A stretch of 64,000 bases of DNA from NCBI GenBank assembly GCA_963727445.1, contig CAVSGI010000020.1, positions 640,001-704,000 on the forward strand. The letters run 5' to 3'. Position numbers and translations under genes: made by a program. The notes under the pieces are model-generated. The model saw only the letters and a list, made by a program, of their open reading frames with translations. It searched no databases and was not told the DNA's origin. Position 1 is the first letter of the stretch. Every line of letters starts with the position of its first letter. Source of the DNA: an uncultured delta proteobacterium (GTDB taxonomy: Bacteria; Myxococcota_A; Polyangia; Polyangiales; B10-G4). This document shows, one piece after another, positions 50,003 to 60,308 of this stretch.

Positions 50003-50700
50003 GGGGGGAGTCGCGACGAGCACCTCGGTGCAGATGCCGAGGGTGCAGATCACCTCGTGGTGCAGGACGTGCCAGCTCTCGGCGAAAGAGACGAGGTCGA
50101 GGGGGCGGCAGCCGCCGACCAGCTTCGGATTCAGCGCGTGAATCGCCGACCAGGCGCGGCACAGGGCGCGCGAGGGAGCGTTCGTGCCGTGGGTCAGGCT
50201 GGCGAGGCAGAGCCGGCCACCGGGACGGAGCACCCGCCGGGCCTCATCGAAGACCTCGCGTATGTCCGCCTCGCTCAACAGATCGAGGACATAGGTGCAG
50301 ACAAAGCGATCCTGGCTGCCGTCGTCGAGGTCCAGAGAGAGCGAGCCGTCGCTCTTTCGCACCGCCGCCCGGTTCGACCATCGCGCGACCCTGCGCTGCG
50401 CCAGGTCGACCATGGTGCTGCTGATGTCGAGGCCGATGTAGGTCGCTCTCTGGGGTAGCTCCTCGTCGAGGAGGCGCTCCGCCAGGCGCCCGGTCCCGCA
50501 GCCCAGCTCCACCACCGCGTGAGCCGAGCCGAATTCCGCGTGCCTCAGGAGCGCGTCGATGGCGGGGTCTTCGTAGATGCTCTGGAGATCCTGCTTCCGC
50601 CCGAAGCGGTCGTAGAAATCCTTCGCCTGATCGTGAGAGAGAACGCGGGCCATGCCTCGGCTATAAGCCCCGACGACCCCCTGGCAATAGGGGCTTCGGC

Positions 50701-51108
50701 TCAGCCGCGCGATTGGATGAGCTTCCAGCCATTGCCGGAGGGGTCGCGGAAGCTCGCATCCACGGCGCCGTAGCGTTCGACCGGCTCCTGGGTGAACTCG
50801 ACCCCCGCGGCGCTCATCCGATCATAGGCGGCGCGGCAATCGTCGACGACGAGGACCAGCGGCGGCATCGCGCCTTTCGCCACCATCTCGCGGAGGGTGC
50901 GCGCCGTCTCCGCATCGACCATCGGCGACTCCGGGACGAAGAGACCGAGCTGGAAGGATGGCTGGTCGGGGTGTTGCACCGTGAGCCAGCGGTAGTCGCC
51001 GTTCTTCACGTCGGTGTGCACCCCGAACCCGAGCTTCTCCACGTAGAACTGGAGAGCTTCCTCCTGATCGCGCACGTACAGACCCACTACATCGACACCC
51101 TGGCTCAT
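50701..51108 (-). CDS. VOC (glyoxalase/bleomycin resistance) family protein
   Basis: 'VRDQEEALQFYVEKLGF', 'GVEFTQEP..RYG', 'FRDPSGN'. Confidence 0.92.
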   Translation of the reverse strand: MSQGVDVVGLYVRDQEEALQFYVEKLGFGVHTDVKNGDYRWLTVQHPDQPSFQLGLFVPESPMVDAETARTLREMVAKGAMPPLVLVVDDCRAAYDRMSAAGVEFTQEPVERYGAVDASFRDPSGNGWKLIQSRG

Positions 51109-51575
51109 GGGACCTCGCTTTCTTCGGATCCGTTCTTATCGCCGGTGACGCGCCGTCGCTTCTCCGAAACTGCGATCCTGAGGTCGGGCCTGTTGGCGGC
51201 GCTGAGAAAGCAGGGTGGCACTTCGTCGAGCGCGTGATTCGCGGCCTTCTCGCGCGCCCGAAGCTCGCTCGGGCTCTCGCCGAGCACGTCGCGAAATGTG
51301 CGGCCGAAGGTGCCGACGCTCTTCCAGCCCGTCTCGAGGGCGATCTCGGTGATCGACAACTCCGTGTCGCGAAGCAGTGCCTTCGCACGCTCCAGGCGCC
51401 GGCTGAGCAGGTACCGATGAGGAGGCACGCCGAAGGCCTGCTTGAACGCGCGCGCGAAATGGGCTTCGGAGCAGCCGCTCACCCGCGCCAGCCGGCGGAC
51501 TGGCCACTCCTCGTGCGAGGCGGCGTCCATCCGGTCTTTTGCGCGCAATAGACGCCGCAGCAGCTCGGGATCCAC
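51105..51575 (-). CDS. AraC family HTH transcriptional regulator (short form)
   Basis: 'SEAHFARAFKQAFGVPPHRYL', 'SITEIALETGWKSVGTFGRTF'; ATGA overlap with the VOC gene. Confidence 0.92.
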   Translation of the reverse strand: MDPELLRRLLRAKDRMDAASHEEWPVRRLARVSGCSEAHFARAFKQAFGVPPHRYLLSRRLERAKALLRDTELSITEIALETGWKSVGTFGRTFRDVLGESPSELRAREKAANHALDEVPPCFLSAANRPDLRIAVSEKRRRVTGDKNGSEESEVP

Positions 51576-51660
51576 GGGAAGAGAGGATTGGCGGGCGCCG
51601 CCGGGCAGTCAACCGAGGACGGCGCTCGCCTCCGTGAAATCCGGAACTAGTGAATTCGGC

Positions 51661-52284
51661 ATGGCCAATCCACACAAGAAGACCGTGATCACCGTGCTGT
51701 CGACCCTGGTCGTGGCGTTCGCGCTCGCAGTGCTCGGGGCGCTCGCGGTCGACTACTCGGGCGTGGTCGACGTCGCAGCGACGAACCGGGCTTCCGGCGT
51801 GCTCGGGTGGTTTCTCGAGTCGACGCGGGATCACTCGATCGAGGCACGGGCGAGCCACATTCGCGTGCCGGAGCTGGGCGGCGCCCACGTCCTCGAAGTC
51901 GGCGCCGACCACTACCATCAGATGTGCGTCGGCTGTCACGGGGCGCCAGGAGTGGAAGTGAGTGATGCGTCTCGCGGCATGGAGCCGCGGCCGCCCGATC
52001 TCGACGAAGGGCCCGAGATGTCGCGCGAGGAGGCGGCGGAGACGTTCTGGATCGTCAAGAACGGGATTCAGATGACCGGCATGCCCGCGTTCGGAGAGAC
52101 CCATGACGACGACGAGCTATGGGCGATCGTCGCCTTCGTCGCGAAGCTTCGCGAGATGAGCCCCGACGATTACGACGCGGCTACCACGAGCGAAGGGGAG
52201 GAGGACGAGACGCACCACGCATCGCTCCTGCCCTCGGAAGCTTCGGCGGCGCCGGCGGTTGACGTCAACGCACACGGCGAGTAG
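51661..52284 (+). CDS. Membrane-anchored monoheme cytochrome c
   Basis: N-terminal TM; CVGCHGAPG; 'FWIVKNGIQMTGMPAF', 'WAIVAF'. Confidence 0.9.
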   Translation: MANPHKKTVITVLSTLVVAFALAVLGALAVDYSGVVDVAATNRASGVLGWFLESTRDHSIEARASHIRVPELGGAHVLEVGADHYHQMCVGCHGAPGVEVSDASRGMEPRPPDLDEGPEMSREEAAETFWIVKNGIQMTGMPAFGETHDDDELWAIVAFVAKLREMSPDDYDAATTSEGEEDETHHASLLPSEASAAPAVDVNAHGE

Positions 52285-52296
52285 CTGGGCAGGAGA

Positions 52297-53319
52297 ATGG
52301 ACGTGCCCGCTATCGAGCTCATCTACGACGACGACTGCCCGAACGTGGCGGAGGCGCGCGACAACCTCCGGCAGGCGCTCGCATCCCTCGAGATGTCGCC
52401 GCACTGGCAGGAATGGTCGCGCGACGACGACGCGAGCCCTCCACACGTTCGCCGGTATGGCTCGCCGACGATCCTGGTCGAGGAGCGCGACGTGGCTTGG
52501 GGGGACGCGCCGGCCGGTGGCTCTTGCTGTCGTCTCTACGCTCAGTCCGATGGGAGCATGCGGGGCGCGCCCAGTGTGGACACGATCACCGCCGCGCTCG
52601 CGCGCGTCACGGCGACGATGGAATCCAGGCGCTCTTTCCTTGTGGGCGCAGGCGCGAGCACCGCGCTCCTCTTCTCCGGATGCGGGGGCCAGTCCGGCAG
52701 CGCGCCGCCCGCGCAGTCGCCCGCGGGCGGCCGTGGCGAAGGGGAGGTCTCGGTCAACGAAGACCTCATGCGCGAGCACGGCGTGCTGCGCCGCCTCCTT
52801 CTGATCTACGAGGCGTCGCGAGCGCTCTTGGCCATGGACGCGGGGTTTCAGGCGGCGCCCCTCTACCGCGCGGCGGGCCTCGTGCAGCGGTTCATCGAGC
52901 AGTACCACGAGAAGCTCGAAGAGGATCATCTCTTCCCGCGCTTCGAGCGCGCGGGGCGACTCGTCGCGCTGGTCACGACCCTGCGCGAGCAGCATCTCGC
53001 CGGACGCCGCGTCACCGAGGCGATCCTCGAACAGACCGGGCAGGGCGAAGCGTCAGCGGACGCCGAGGGCCTGACCCGGGCGATCGACTCTTTCCTTCGG
53101 ATGTACCGGCCGCACGCCGCGCGCGAGGACACGGTCCTCTTTCCGGCCCTACGAGAGATCGTCAGCGCGTCGGAGCTCGTCGAGCTCGGCGAGCAATTCG
53201 AGGAGATCGAGCATCAGCGCTTCGGCGAGCGCGGCTTCGAGAGCGTCGTGGAAGAGGTCGCCGAGATCGAACGCGACCTCGGGATCCACGACCTCGCCCA
53301 GTTCACGCCGCGACAGTGA
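52297..53319 (+). CDS. Thioredoxin-like (mer-associated type) domain fused in frame to a Tat-signal hemerythrin/HHE domain
   Basis: N-part 'CPN..GSPTIL..CCRLY..GAP'; internal ATG 52618 'MESRRSFL...SGC'; 'LMREHG', 'YHEKLEE..LFP', 'EQH', 'HAAREDTVLFP'. Confidence 0.75.
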   Translation: MDVPAIELIYDDDCPNVAEARDNLRQALASLEMSPHWQEWSRDDDASPPHVRRYGSPTILVEERDVAWGDAPAGGSCCRLYAQSDGSMRGAPSVDTITAALARVTATMESRRSFLVGAGASTALLFSGCGGQSGSAPPAQSPAGGRGEGEVSVNEDLMREHGVLRRLLLIYEASRALLAMDAGFQAAPLYRAAGLVQRFIEQYHEKLEEDHLFPRFERAGRLVALVTTLREQHLAGRRVTEAILEQTGQGEASADAEGLTRAIDSFLRMYRPHAAREDTVLFPALREIVSASELVELGEQFEEIEHQRFGERGFESVVEEVAEIERDLGIHDLAQFTPRQ

Positions 53320-53400
53320 GTTGCCAGCAGCGATCCGTCGCCGAGAACGTCCGCCCCTACCTCTCAGGACCGGTCCAGCGCGAGGTCGGTCCGATCCTCT

Positions 53401-56400
53401 TCAGCCACGAGAACTGATCGCTGCTCCGCCCCAGCGGCTCAAGAGGGCGGGGACGACGATCATGTTCAGGAGCGTCGAGCTCGACAGGCCCGTGACGATG
53501 ACCAGGGCCATGGGCGCCTGGATCTCCGCGCCCGGCTCTCCGAGGGCGAGCGCTAGGGGCAAAAGGCCCAGCGCGGCCGTGACCGCCGTCATGAGGATAG
53601 GAGCGAGGCGCTCGCGGGCCGCGACGACCACCGCCTCTTCGCGCGCGACGCCGCCCCCTTCGAGGTCGCCCGTCCGCGTCGCGAGGAGGATCCCGTTGCG
53701 CGTCGCGATGCCGAACAGTGTGATGAACCCGATGGTGGTCGCGATGGACATCACCCCACCGGCGAGGTAGACGCCCGCGACGCCGCCCGCGAGCGCGAGG
53801 GGCAGGTTGGAAAGGACGATCGCGGTGCGCCGCGCGCTCCTGAGGGTCGCACCCACGATCAGGCCGATCCCCAGGATCACCAACAGGCCGAGCAGGAGCA
53901 GGCGCTCTGTCGCCTCCTCTTCCTGCTCGAACTGGCCGGCGTACTCGACGTGCACGCCCTCGGGCAGGTCCACCTGTGACTCGACGGCCGCTCGTACGTC
54001 TGCTGCGACGCTGCGCAGGTCGCGCCCCACCACGTTTGCCGTCACCACGACCCGCCGGCGCACGTTCTCGCGCATGATGTAGTTGGGCGCGCGATCGGGC
54101 CAGATCTCGGCGATGGCCCCGAGCGGCACCGACGCACCCGAGGGCGTGGGCACGCGAACCTCGCGCAGACGGTCCCGGCTGTCGCGCACAGCGTCGTCGT
54201 AGCGGACGATGATGTCGGTCGACATGCTGTCCTCGAAGACGCGCCCCACGTCGCGCCCCCACAGAGCCAGCCCCACGGCGCTGGCGCCTTCGCCGCGGGA
54301 GAGCTCGTGCTGGGCGGCCGCGGTGGGGTCGATGTCGACGACGAGCTGCGGCGTGTCGATCATCGGCTCGACCTGCACGTCGACGAGCCCTTCGATCCCC
54401 ACGATCGCGTCGTGCACCTGCTGGGCGATCCGCCGCCCCGCGTCGAGGTCCTCGCCGACCACGCGCACCGTCAGGGCCGCGCGCTGTCCGGAGAGCATGT
54501 GATCGATGCGGTGGGAGATGGGCTGGCCGAAAGTGAAGTTGGCGCCGGGAACGACCGAGAGTCGGTCGCGCAGGTCCGACAGGAGCTCTTCTCGGTCGCG
54601 CTCGTCGTCGGGGTCGAGGAGGATGTCCATCTCGCTCGCCTCCGGGCCCTGCACGTGCTCGTTGCGCTCCGCCCGGCCGGTGCGCCGCGTCGTGGAGACG
54701 ACCGCGGGGTCGGCGAGGAGCGCCTCCTCGGCGAGGGTCCCGAGGGCGTCGCTCTCGTCGAGAGACGTGCCCGGCAGAACGACCATCGCCAGGTTGATGC
54801 TCCCCTCGTTGAACTCCGGCAGGAACGATCGACCCGTCCCAGCGAGCGCGGCGACGCCGACGACGACGAAGAAGAGCGCGCCCCCGGCGACCAGGCGCGG
54901 AGAGCGGACCGAGAACTGCAGCGCGGGCTCGTAAGCGCGGTGCAGCCATCGCTGCAGCGGCGGTTCCTCGGACGCGGCCCCCGCCTTCCCCCGCGGCAGA
55001 AGCCAGGATGCGAGCACCGGCGTCACCGTGATGGCCACCAGGAGCGACGCCAGGATGGCGACCAGATAGGAGAGCGCGAGCGGACGGAGAAGGCGCCCCT
55101 CGATCCCGGTGAGGAAGAGCAGCGGCGTGAAGACCAGAAGCAGGATGGCGGTCGCGCTGACGATCGACGAACGGATCTCGCGCGACGCCGACAGCACGGT
55201 GTCGAGGACCGCCGGGCGCTCGCCCTCGGGTAGCCGCGCGCGCTCTCGCAGCCGGCGTGCGATGTTCTCGACATCGATGATCGCGTCGTCCACCAGCTCG
55301 CCGATCGCGATCGCGAGCCCGCCGAGCGTCATCGTGTCGAGGCTCATGCCCATGGCGTCGAGCGCGAGGGTGGCGCTCAACATGGAGAGCGGCAGCGCGA
55401 GGACGCTGATCACAGTCGCGCCGGGGTGCCAGAGGAAGAGCAACAGGACGACCGCCACGAGGAACGCGCCGTCGCGCAGGACGTCGAGGAGGTTGTCGAC
55501 GGCGGTCTCGATGAAGCCCGACTGGCGGAAGAGATCGCGGTCTAGGCGAACGCCGCGGGCGGTGAGCGCTGGCTCGAGCGCGTCGAGGGCCTCGTCGACG
55601 AGCGCCGTGGTCCTCAGAGTGTCGGCCGACGGTTGCCGCACCACGCTGAGCACGACCGCGGGCTTCGCGTCGTAGCTCCCCGTTCCCCGACGCACCGCCG
55701 GACCCACCCGAACGTCGGCGACGTCGCGCACCAGCACCGGAACCCCCCCGCGTGACGACACGCGGATCGCACCGATCTCGTCCACCGTCGACGCGCGCCC
55801 GAGGACGCGCACCACCGACTCCTGCCCGGCTTCGACGACGTAGCCGCCGGGCGCGTTCGCGCTGCCCGCCTCGATCGCGTCGGCGACCTCGGTCCCGGTG
55901 AGATCGAAGCGTGTCAGCCTCTCCGGATCGAGGATGACCTGGTATTGGCGCTCCTCACCGCCGAGGGCCACCACCTGCGAGACGCCCTGCACGGCGAGGA
56001 TCCGCCGGCGCACGTCCCGCTCGGCGATGCGGCGCAGCTCCATCGGGTCGAGCTCGTCGCTGGTGAGCGCGACGAAGGCGATCTCGCCCATCACCGACGA
56101 GGGCGGCGCGAGGACGGGCGCGTCCGCCTCCGGCGGGAGCCTGGTGGCGATCTCCTGAAGGCGCTCCATGACGCGCTGCCGCGCGAGCGGGCCTGGGGTG
56201 TCCCAGTCGAACTCGACCCACACGATCGAGATCCCCGCCGCGGACGCAGAGCGCACGCGCCGGGTGCCGGCGACGCCGTTCACGGCGCTCTCGAGGGGGA
56301 AGGTGACGAGCTGCTCCACTTCGGTCGGCGCGAGGCCCGTCGCTTCGGTCACGATGGTCACGCGCGGCGCACTCAGATCCGGAAAGACGTCCACGCGCAT

Positions 56401-56499
56401 CTGCCCGAGGCGATAGGTACCGAGCACGGTCAGGAGCACGGCCGCCGCCATCACGAAGACGCGGTGTCGGAGCGAGGCGCGCAGGATCCGATCGATCAT
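53401..56499 (-). CDS. CusA/CzcA family heavy-metal efflux RND permease
   Basis: 'VDVFPDL', 'LGGLAIAIGELVDDAIIDVENI', 'FLPEFNEG', 'GFITLFGIATRNGI', 'ERLAPILMTA'. Confidence 0.93.
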   Translation of the reverse strand: MIDRILRASLRHRVFVMAAAVLLTVLGTYRLGQMRVDVFPDLSAPRVTIVTEATGLAPTEVEQLVTFPLESAVNGVAGTRRVRSASAAGISIVWVEFDWDTPGPLARQRVMERLQEIATRLPPEADAPVLAPPSSVMGEIAFVALTSDELDPMELRRIAERDVRRRILAVQGVSQVVALGGEERQYQVILDPERLTRFDLTGTEVADAIEAGSANAPGGYVVEAGQESVVRVLGRASTVDEIGAIRVSSRGGVPVLVRDVADVRVGPAVRRGTGSYDAKPAVVLSVVRQPSADTLRTTALVDEALDALEPALTARGVRLDRDLFRQSGFIETAVDNLLDVLRDGAFLVAVVLLLFLWHPGATVISVLALPLSMLSATLALDAMGMSLDTMTLGGLAIAIGELVDDAIIDVENIARRLRERARLPEGERPAVLDTVLSASREIRSSIVSATAILLLVFTPLLFLTGIEGRLLRPLALSYLVAILASLLVAITVTPVLASWLLPRGKAGAASEEPPLQRWLHRAYEPALQFSVRSPRLVAGGALFFVVVGVAALAGTGRSFLPEFNEGSINLAMVVLPGTSLDESDALGTLAEEALLADPAVVSTTRRTGRAERNEHVQGPEASEMDILLDPDDERDREELLSDLRDRLSVVPGANFTFGQPISHRIDHMLSGQRAALTVRVVGEDLDAGRRIAQQVHDAIVGIEGLVDVQVEPMIDTPQLVVDIDPTAAAQHELSRGEGASAVGLALWGRDVGRVFEDSMSTDIIVRYDDAVRDSRDRLREVRVPTPSGASVPLGAIAEIWPDRAPNYIMRENVRRRVVVTANVVGRDLRSVAADVRAAVESQVDLPEGVHVEYAGQFEQEEEATERLLLLGLLVILGIGLIVGATLRSARRTAIVLSNLPLALAGGVAGVYLAGGVMSIATTIGFITLFGIATRNGILLATRTGDLEGGGVAREEAVVVAARERLAPILMTAVTAALGLLPLALALGEPGAEIQAPMALVIVTGLSSSTLLNMIVVPALLSRWGGAAISSRG

Positions 56500-56511
56500 C
56501 GGCGACCGTCC

Positions 56512-58092
56512 TCAGTGCACGTGCCCATGACCGACCGCTCCGCTGCTGCCGGCGAGTCGGACCAGATGTGCGCCGCGGGTGACGATGCGCTCGCCCTCTT
56601 CGACCCCCGACGTGACGGCGACGCGGTCCCCTTCGCTCGGGCCCAGGCGCACGACGCGCTCCTCGAAGGACTCTCCCTCCGCCTGTACGTAGACCACGCT
56701 CCGCCCCTCGACGTCGAGCACCGCGGAGCGTGGGACTGTCACCGCTTCGACCGCCTCGCCGACCGGGATGAGCACGCGTAGCGCGGCGCCGACGCGGAGC
56801 GACTCGTCTGGCTCGCCGAGCGCGTAGACGACGCGGACGGTGCGGCTCGTCGGATCCACCGTGCGACTGGCGTGGACCAGGGTGTCGTGCGCTTCGGAGC
56901 CGTCGCCTTCGAGCGCGATCGGGTGCCATCGATCCTCGCCCACCAGTTGAAACGAGGCGTTGGCGTCGCGAACGAAGCGCCCCGCCCAGCTCTCGGGGAC
57001 CTCCGCGCTGACCCACAGCGTGTTCGGGTCGACCACGCGGAAGAGGAGCTCGTTCGCGTCCACCGCCTCTCCCGGCGAGACCTCCACGGCGTCGACGATC
57101 CCCGCGATGGGCGCCGTGATGCGCCACGAGCCCCGGCCGCGACCGCTCTCGGCAGACGCGTACATCGACTGCGCGCGGCGCGCGGCCGACAGGCTCGCCT
57201 CGGCCACCTGAAGCTGGCGCCGCGCTTCGGCGAGACGCCGCTCCGGGATGGCCTGGTCCGCCACCATGCGCTCCGCGCGCTCGACCTCGGTGCGGCCCGC
57301 CTCGACCTGCGCCTGCGCTTCGACCACGGCCAGGTCCGCCCTCGCCGCGTCTTCGGGTGCGCCCGGCGTCGGCGCGATCGTCGCCAACAGCGCGCCGGCT
57401 TGCACGGCCTGGCCGGGAAGGGGGAAGCCGCTGCGCCCGGCCATCACCCGTCCTCCGACCGGCGCGTGGACGTGCGCGACGCCACCGGGAGGGGTCGTGA
57501 GCTCGCCGCTGACCCCGACGCTGGGGCGCACGGTTCCCCGCGCGGCGAAGGCGGTGTCGAAAGACACGCGCCACTGTTGCTCCTTCAGGAACGACACCGC
57601 GCCTCCGCCCCGCTCGTCCGCGGGATTGGCGGCGTCGGCCGCTTCCTGGCTCGGATACACCTCGACCGCGAAGGGGCCGATGGTGCCCTCGCCGCCGTCG
57701 ATGATCGTGAGCGTGCCCTGATAGGTGCCGGGCGCGGTGGCGGTGAACGTCGGCCGATAGATGCCGGGACGGAGCATCGGCGCCTCGGCGGTGAGCTCCG
57801 CGGGTCCCGTCAACGCGAGTCGCACCCGCGCGTCCTCGAGCGCTCGGAAGCCGTCCAGGACCGTGAGGTGTGCGAGGAAGGGCACCTCCTGACCGACGAC
57901 CGCCGGTGGATGCTCGGCGTAGAGCTCGAGCTCGTCGGTCCACTCGGTGATGCCGATCGCGGCGGGGCCGTGGTCGTGGCCGCCGTGCGAGTGGTGATCG
58001 TCCTCGTGATCGTGGCCCTCTCCGTCCCCCGCGTGGCTGTGGCAGCCCGCGGCGAAGACGACGCTCGCGAAACAGAGAACGGCGTACTTCAC
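56512..58092 (-). CDS. Efflux RND periplasmic adaptor (CzcB-like) lipoprotein, His-rich termini
   Basis: GTG 58092 overlaps the TolC stop; lipobox AAGC; HSH..HDHEDDHHSHGGHDH; 'APVGGRV', 'APIAG', 'VPRSAV'; ends GHGHVH. Confidence 0.9.
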   Translation of the reverse strand: MKYAVLCFASVVFAAGCHSHAGDGEGHDHEDDHHSHGGHDHGPAAIGITEWTDELELYAEHPPAVVGQEVPFLAHLTVLDGFRALEDARVRLALTGPAELTAEAPMLRPGIYRPTFTATAPGTYQGTLTIIDGGEGTIGPFAVEVYPSQEAADAANPADERGGGAVSFLKEQQWRVSFDTAFAARGTVRPSVGVSGELTTPPGGVAHVHAPVGGRVMAGRSGFPLPGQAVQAGALLATIAPTPGAPEDAARADLAVVEAQAQVEAGRTEVERAERMVADQAIPERRLAEARRQLQVAEASLSAARRAQSMYASAESGRGRGSWRITAPIAGIVDAVEVSPGEAVDANELLFRVVDPNTLWVSAEVPESWAGRFVRDANASFQLVGEDRWHPIALEGDGSEAHDTLVHASRTVDPTSRTVRVVYALGEPDESLRVGAALRVLIPVGEAVEAVTVPRSAVLDVEGRSVVYVQAEGESFEERVVRLGPSEGDRVAVTSGVEEGERIVTRGAHLVRLAGSSGAVGHGHVH

Positions 58093-59339
58093 AAGGCCCC
58101 CACGGCTTGCCGGAGCGCGACGTCCGCCAGACGAACGGCGAGGTCCAGCTTCAGCTTGCGCTCGGCGACCTGGAGCGCGGCGCGGCGCGCGTCGAGGAGC
58201 TCCACCAGGCTGCGCTCGCCGCCGCTGTATCCGGTGCGGGCCGCGCGCACCAGAACCTCGCTGTCCGCGTGGGTCGCGCCGGCAAAACGCTCGCGCTCGG
58301 CGAGGGCGGCCTCGAGTCGCGCGCGCGCCGCGGAGATGTCGGCACGCATCGCGGCGCGGAAGGCCTGGCCGTAGGTTTCGAGAGAGGAGAGCGCGGCTTC
58401 CGATTCGGCCCGCTCGCCCTGGCCGCGGTCGAAGAAGGGCAGGTCGAGCGAGAGGCCGACATCGTAGCCGTGGCCCTCCTGGGCGCCGCCCTGGTGGTTG
58501 TAGCCGCCGAAGATCTCGAACTGCGGGATCCAGGCGGTGCTCGAGGCGTTGCGCGCACGCTGCGCCAGGTCGAGCCGGGTCTCGAGGGAGCGCAACAGGG
58601 GGTGGTTCTGCCGGGCCCGCGCCAGCAGCGCATCGACAGGCGGGGGTGGCGCGACCTCGAAGTCGCCGCGCACCTGCCGCGACCCGTCCGCTTCGCCGAG
58701 CAGCGCGGCGAGCTGTTCCAGGGTGATCGCCAGCTCCGACGAGGCTTGCGCGAGCTGACTTCGTCCGAGCTCCGCCTCGAGCGCGAGGCGCGCGCGCTCG
58801 TACCCCGACGCTTCGCCCGCCGCCTGGCGACTGGCGAGCACCCGAGACACCTCGTCGAGCACGTCCTGCCCCGCGCGAAGGAGCGTCAGCCGGCGTTCGA
58901 GCGCCAGCGCCGAGTAGAAGAGCCCGAGCGCCTGCGCCGCGAGCCCGAGCGTCAGGTCCGTGGCGCTGGCGCTCGCGTCCTCGGCGTCGAGCTCGGCGAG
59001 CAGTCGCTGTGCGGAACGCCGACCGGAGAGATTGAGCGGCACGTGCGCACGAGCGACGTCCTGGCTCTGCGCGTTCGGCGCGAAGGACTCCTGTCGCTCC
59101 CAATCGACGAAGGGGTTCGGGGCCAGGCCCACGCCCTCGACGCGCGCCCGCGCGCGCCGCGCCGCCCCCTCGGCCACGAGGGCGAGGGGGGCGCGCTCTC
59201 GCGCGTGCTCCACGACGCGCGCCTCGGTCCATGGCGTCGGCTGGGCGTGCGCCGTCGCACCGGCGCAGAAGAAGAGGGCCCCAGCGACGAAGAAGATCCG
59301 ATTCGGTATCGGAGTTAATCTGAGAGGGATGTTCATCAC
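58089..59339 (-). CDS. TolC family outer-membrane efflux protein (CzcC-like)
   Basis: Signal peptide; 'PNP', 'LSLDLPFFDRGQGE', 'YSGGERSLVELLDARR'. Confidence 0.9.
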   Translation of the reverse strand: MMNIPLRLTPIPNRIFFVAGALFFCAGATAHAQPTPWTEARVVEHARERAPLALVAEGAARRARARVEGVGLAPNPFVDWERQESFAPNAQSQDVARAHVPLNLSGRRSAQRLLAELDAEDASASATDLTLGLAAQALGLFYSALALERRLTLLRAGQDVLDEVSRVLASRQAAGEASGYERARLALEAELGRSQLAQASSELAITLEQLAALLGEADGSRQVRGDFEVAPPPPVDALLARARQNHPLLRSLETRLDLAQRARNASSTAWIPQFEIFGGYNHQGGAQEGHGYDVGLSLDLPFFDRGQGERAESEAALSSLETYGQAFRAAMRADISAARARLEAALAERERFAGATHADSEVLVRAARTGYSGGERSLVELLDARRAALQVAERKLKLDLAVRLADVALRQAVGAL

Positions 59340-59357
59340 CGCCGGTCGCGTGAGGCG

Positions 59358-60308
59358 TCAGGAGAAGAAGAGACCGAAGAGGGTCTCCACCGCGTGGTGG
59401 AGGGAGAGCGCGCCGAGGCCGAGCGCGGTCGCGAGGAGCGCCGCCGAAAAGAGCAATCCGCCGATCGAGGGGCCGGGGCGACACGGCGCTGGATCGAGGA
59501 GGCGCTGCACGCGAAGGGCAAAGGGCCCCGAATGGAAACCGACGCCTGCCTCGCGGATGCCGTGGTTCCAGCGCATCCATTCGACGAGGGTCTCGGCGAC
59601 CTCCAGGCGGCAGCCAACGGCCTCGGCGGCTCGATCGTCGGCGCCGAGCTCCTGGGCTTCGCGCAGTCGGTCGAGGAGCGCGGTGCCGAGCAGCGGTAGA
59701 TGGAACGCCGTGAGCAGCTCCGCGCTCCACCGCAGGAGTGGATCGCGATCGGCCGCGTGCGCGCGTTCGTGCTCGAGCACCACGCGCCACCGGGCGCCGC
59801 CGGCGAGGACCGCTTCGCTGATCACGACGGCCGGGCGGGCGAGGCCGACGGTGAAGGCGAGGGGGGCATCGCCGGGCAGGACCCAGAGGTCGCCTTCGCG
59901 GCGCGCAGCGCTCAGCACCCGCCGCAGGGCGAGCGCGCCGCGCAAGGCGCGCGATAGGGCGCGCCCGAGGCGGTGCACCATGTACACGCAGGCGACCGCG
60001 GCGAAGGTGCCGACGACCACGTTCGGCATCGGGGCCCCGTGCACGAAGCAGAGATGAAGGTGCCCCGGGTGATGGATGCAGTGGTCGGAGAGGCCGAGCC
60101 ACTGATGCGGGAACGCGACGCCGGCGACCACGAGGGCTCCGACGAAGGGCGGCGCCGCGAGGGCGGCGAGCATCAGCCGGGACTCTGCGTCCGGCTCGAG
60201 CGTCCCGAGGCGCGCGCGGGCGAAGCGGACGACGGCCGCGACGAGCAGCGACGTCCCGAGGGCGGCGGCCGCGAAGAGCGCGACCAGATGGATGGCGAGG
60301 CCCATCAT
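59358..60308 (-). CDS. M56 family (BlaR1/MecR1-like) membrane metallopeptidase without a penicillin-binding domain
   Basis: 'AFTVGLARPAVVIS', HERAH (HExxH), 'RDPL', 'ELGADDRA'; loop DHCIHHPGHLHLCFVH. Confidence 0.88.
   Translation of the reverse strand: MMGLAIHLVALFAAAALGTSLLVAAVVRFARARLGTLEPDAESRLMLAALAAPPFVGALVVAGVAFPHQWLGLSDHCIHHPGHLHLCFVHGAPMPNVVVGTFAAVACVYMVHRLGRALSRALRGALALRRVLSAARREGDLWVLPGDAPLAFTVGLARPAVVISEAVLAGGARWRVVLEHERAHAADRDPLLRWSAELLTAFHLPLLGTALLDRLREAQELGADDRAAEAVGCRLEVAETLVEWMRWNHGIREAGVGFHSGPFALRVQRLLDPAPCRPGPSIGGLLFSAALLATALGLGALSLHHAVETLFGLFFS

Noticed and set aside
56512..60102. 1196-aa ORF suggesting a fused efflux protein
   Set aside because: The upstream 670 codons are an off-frame shadow of the TolC and M56 genes; the adaptor starts at GTG 58092 with its own lipobox.
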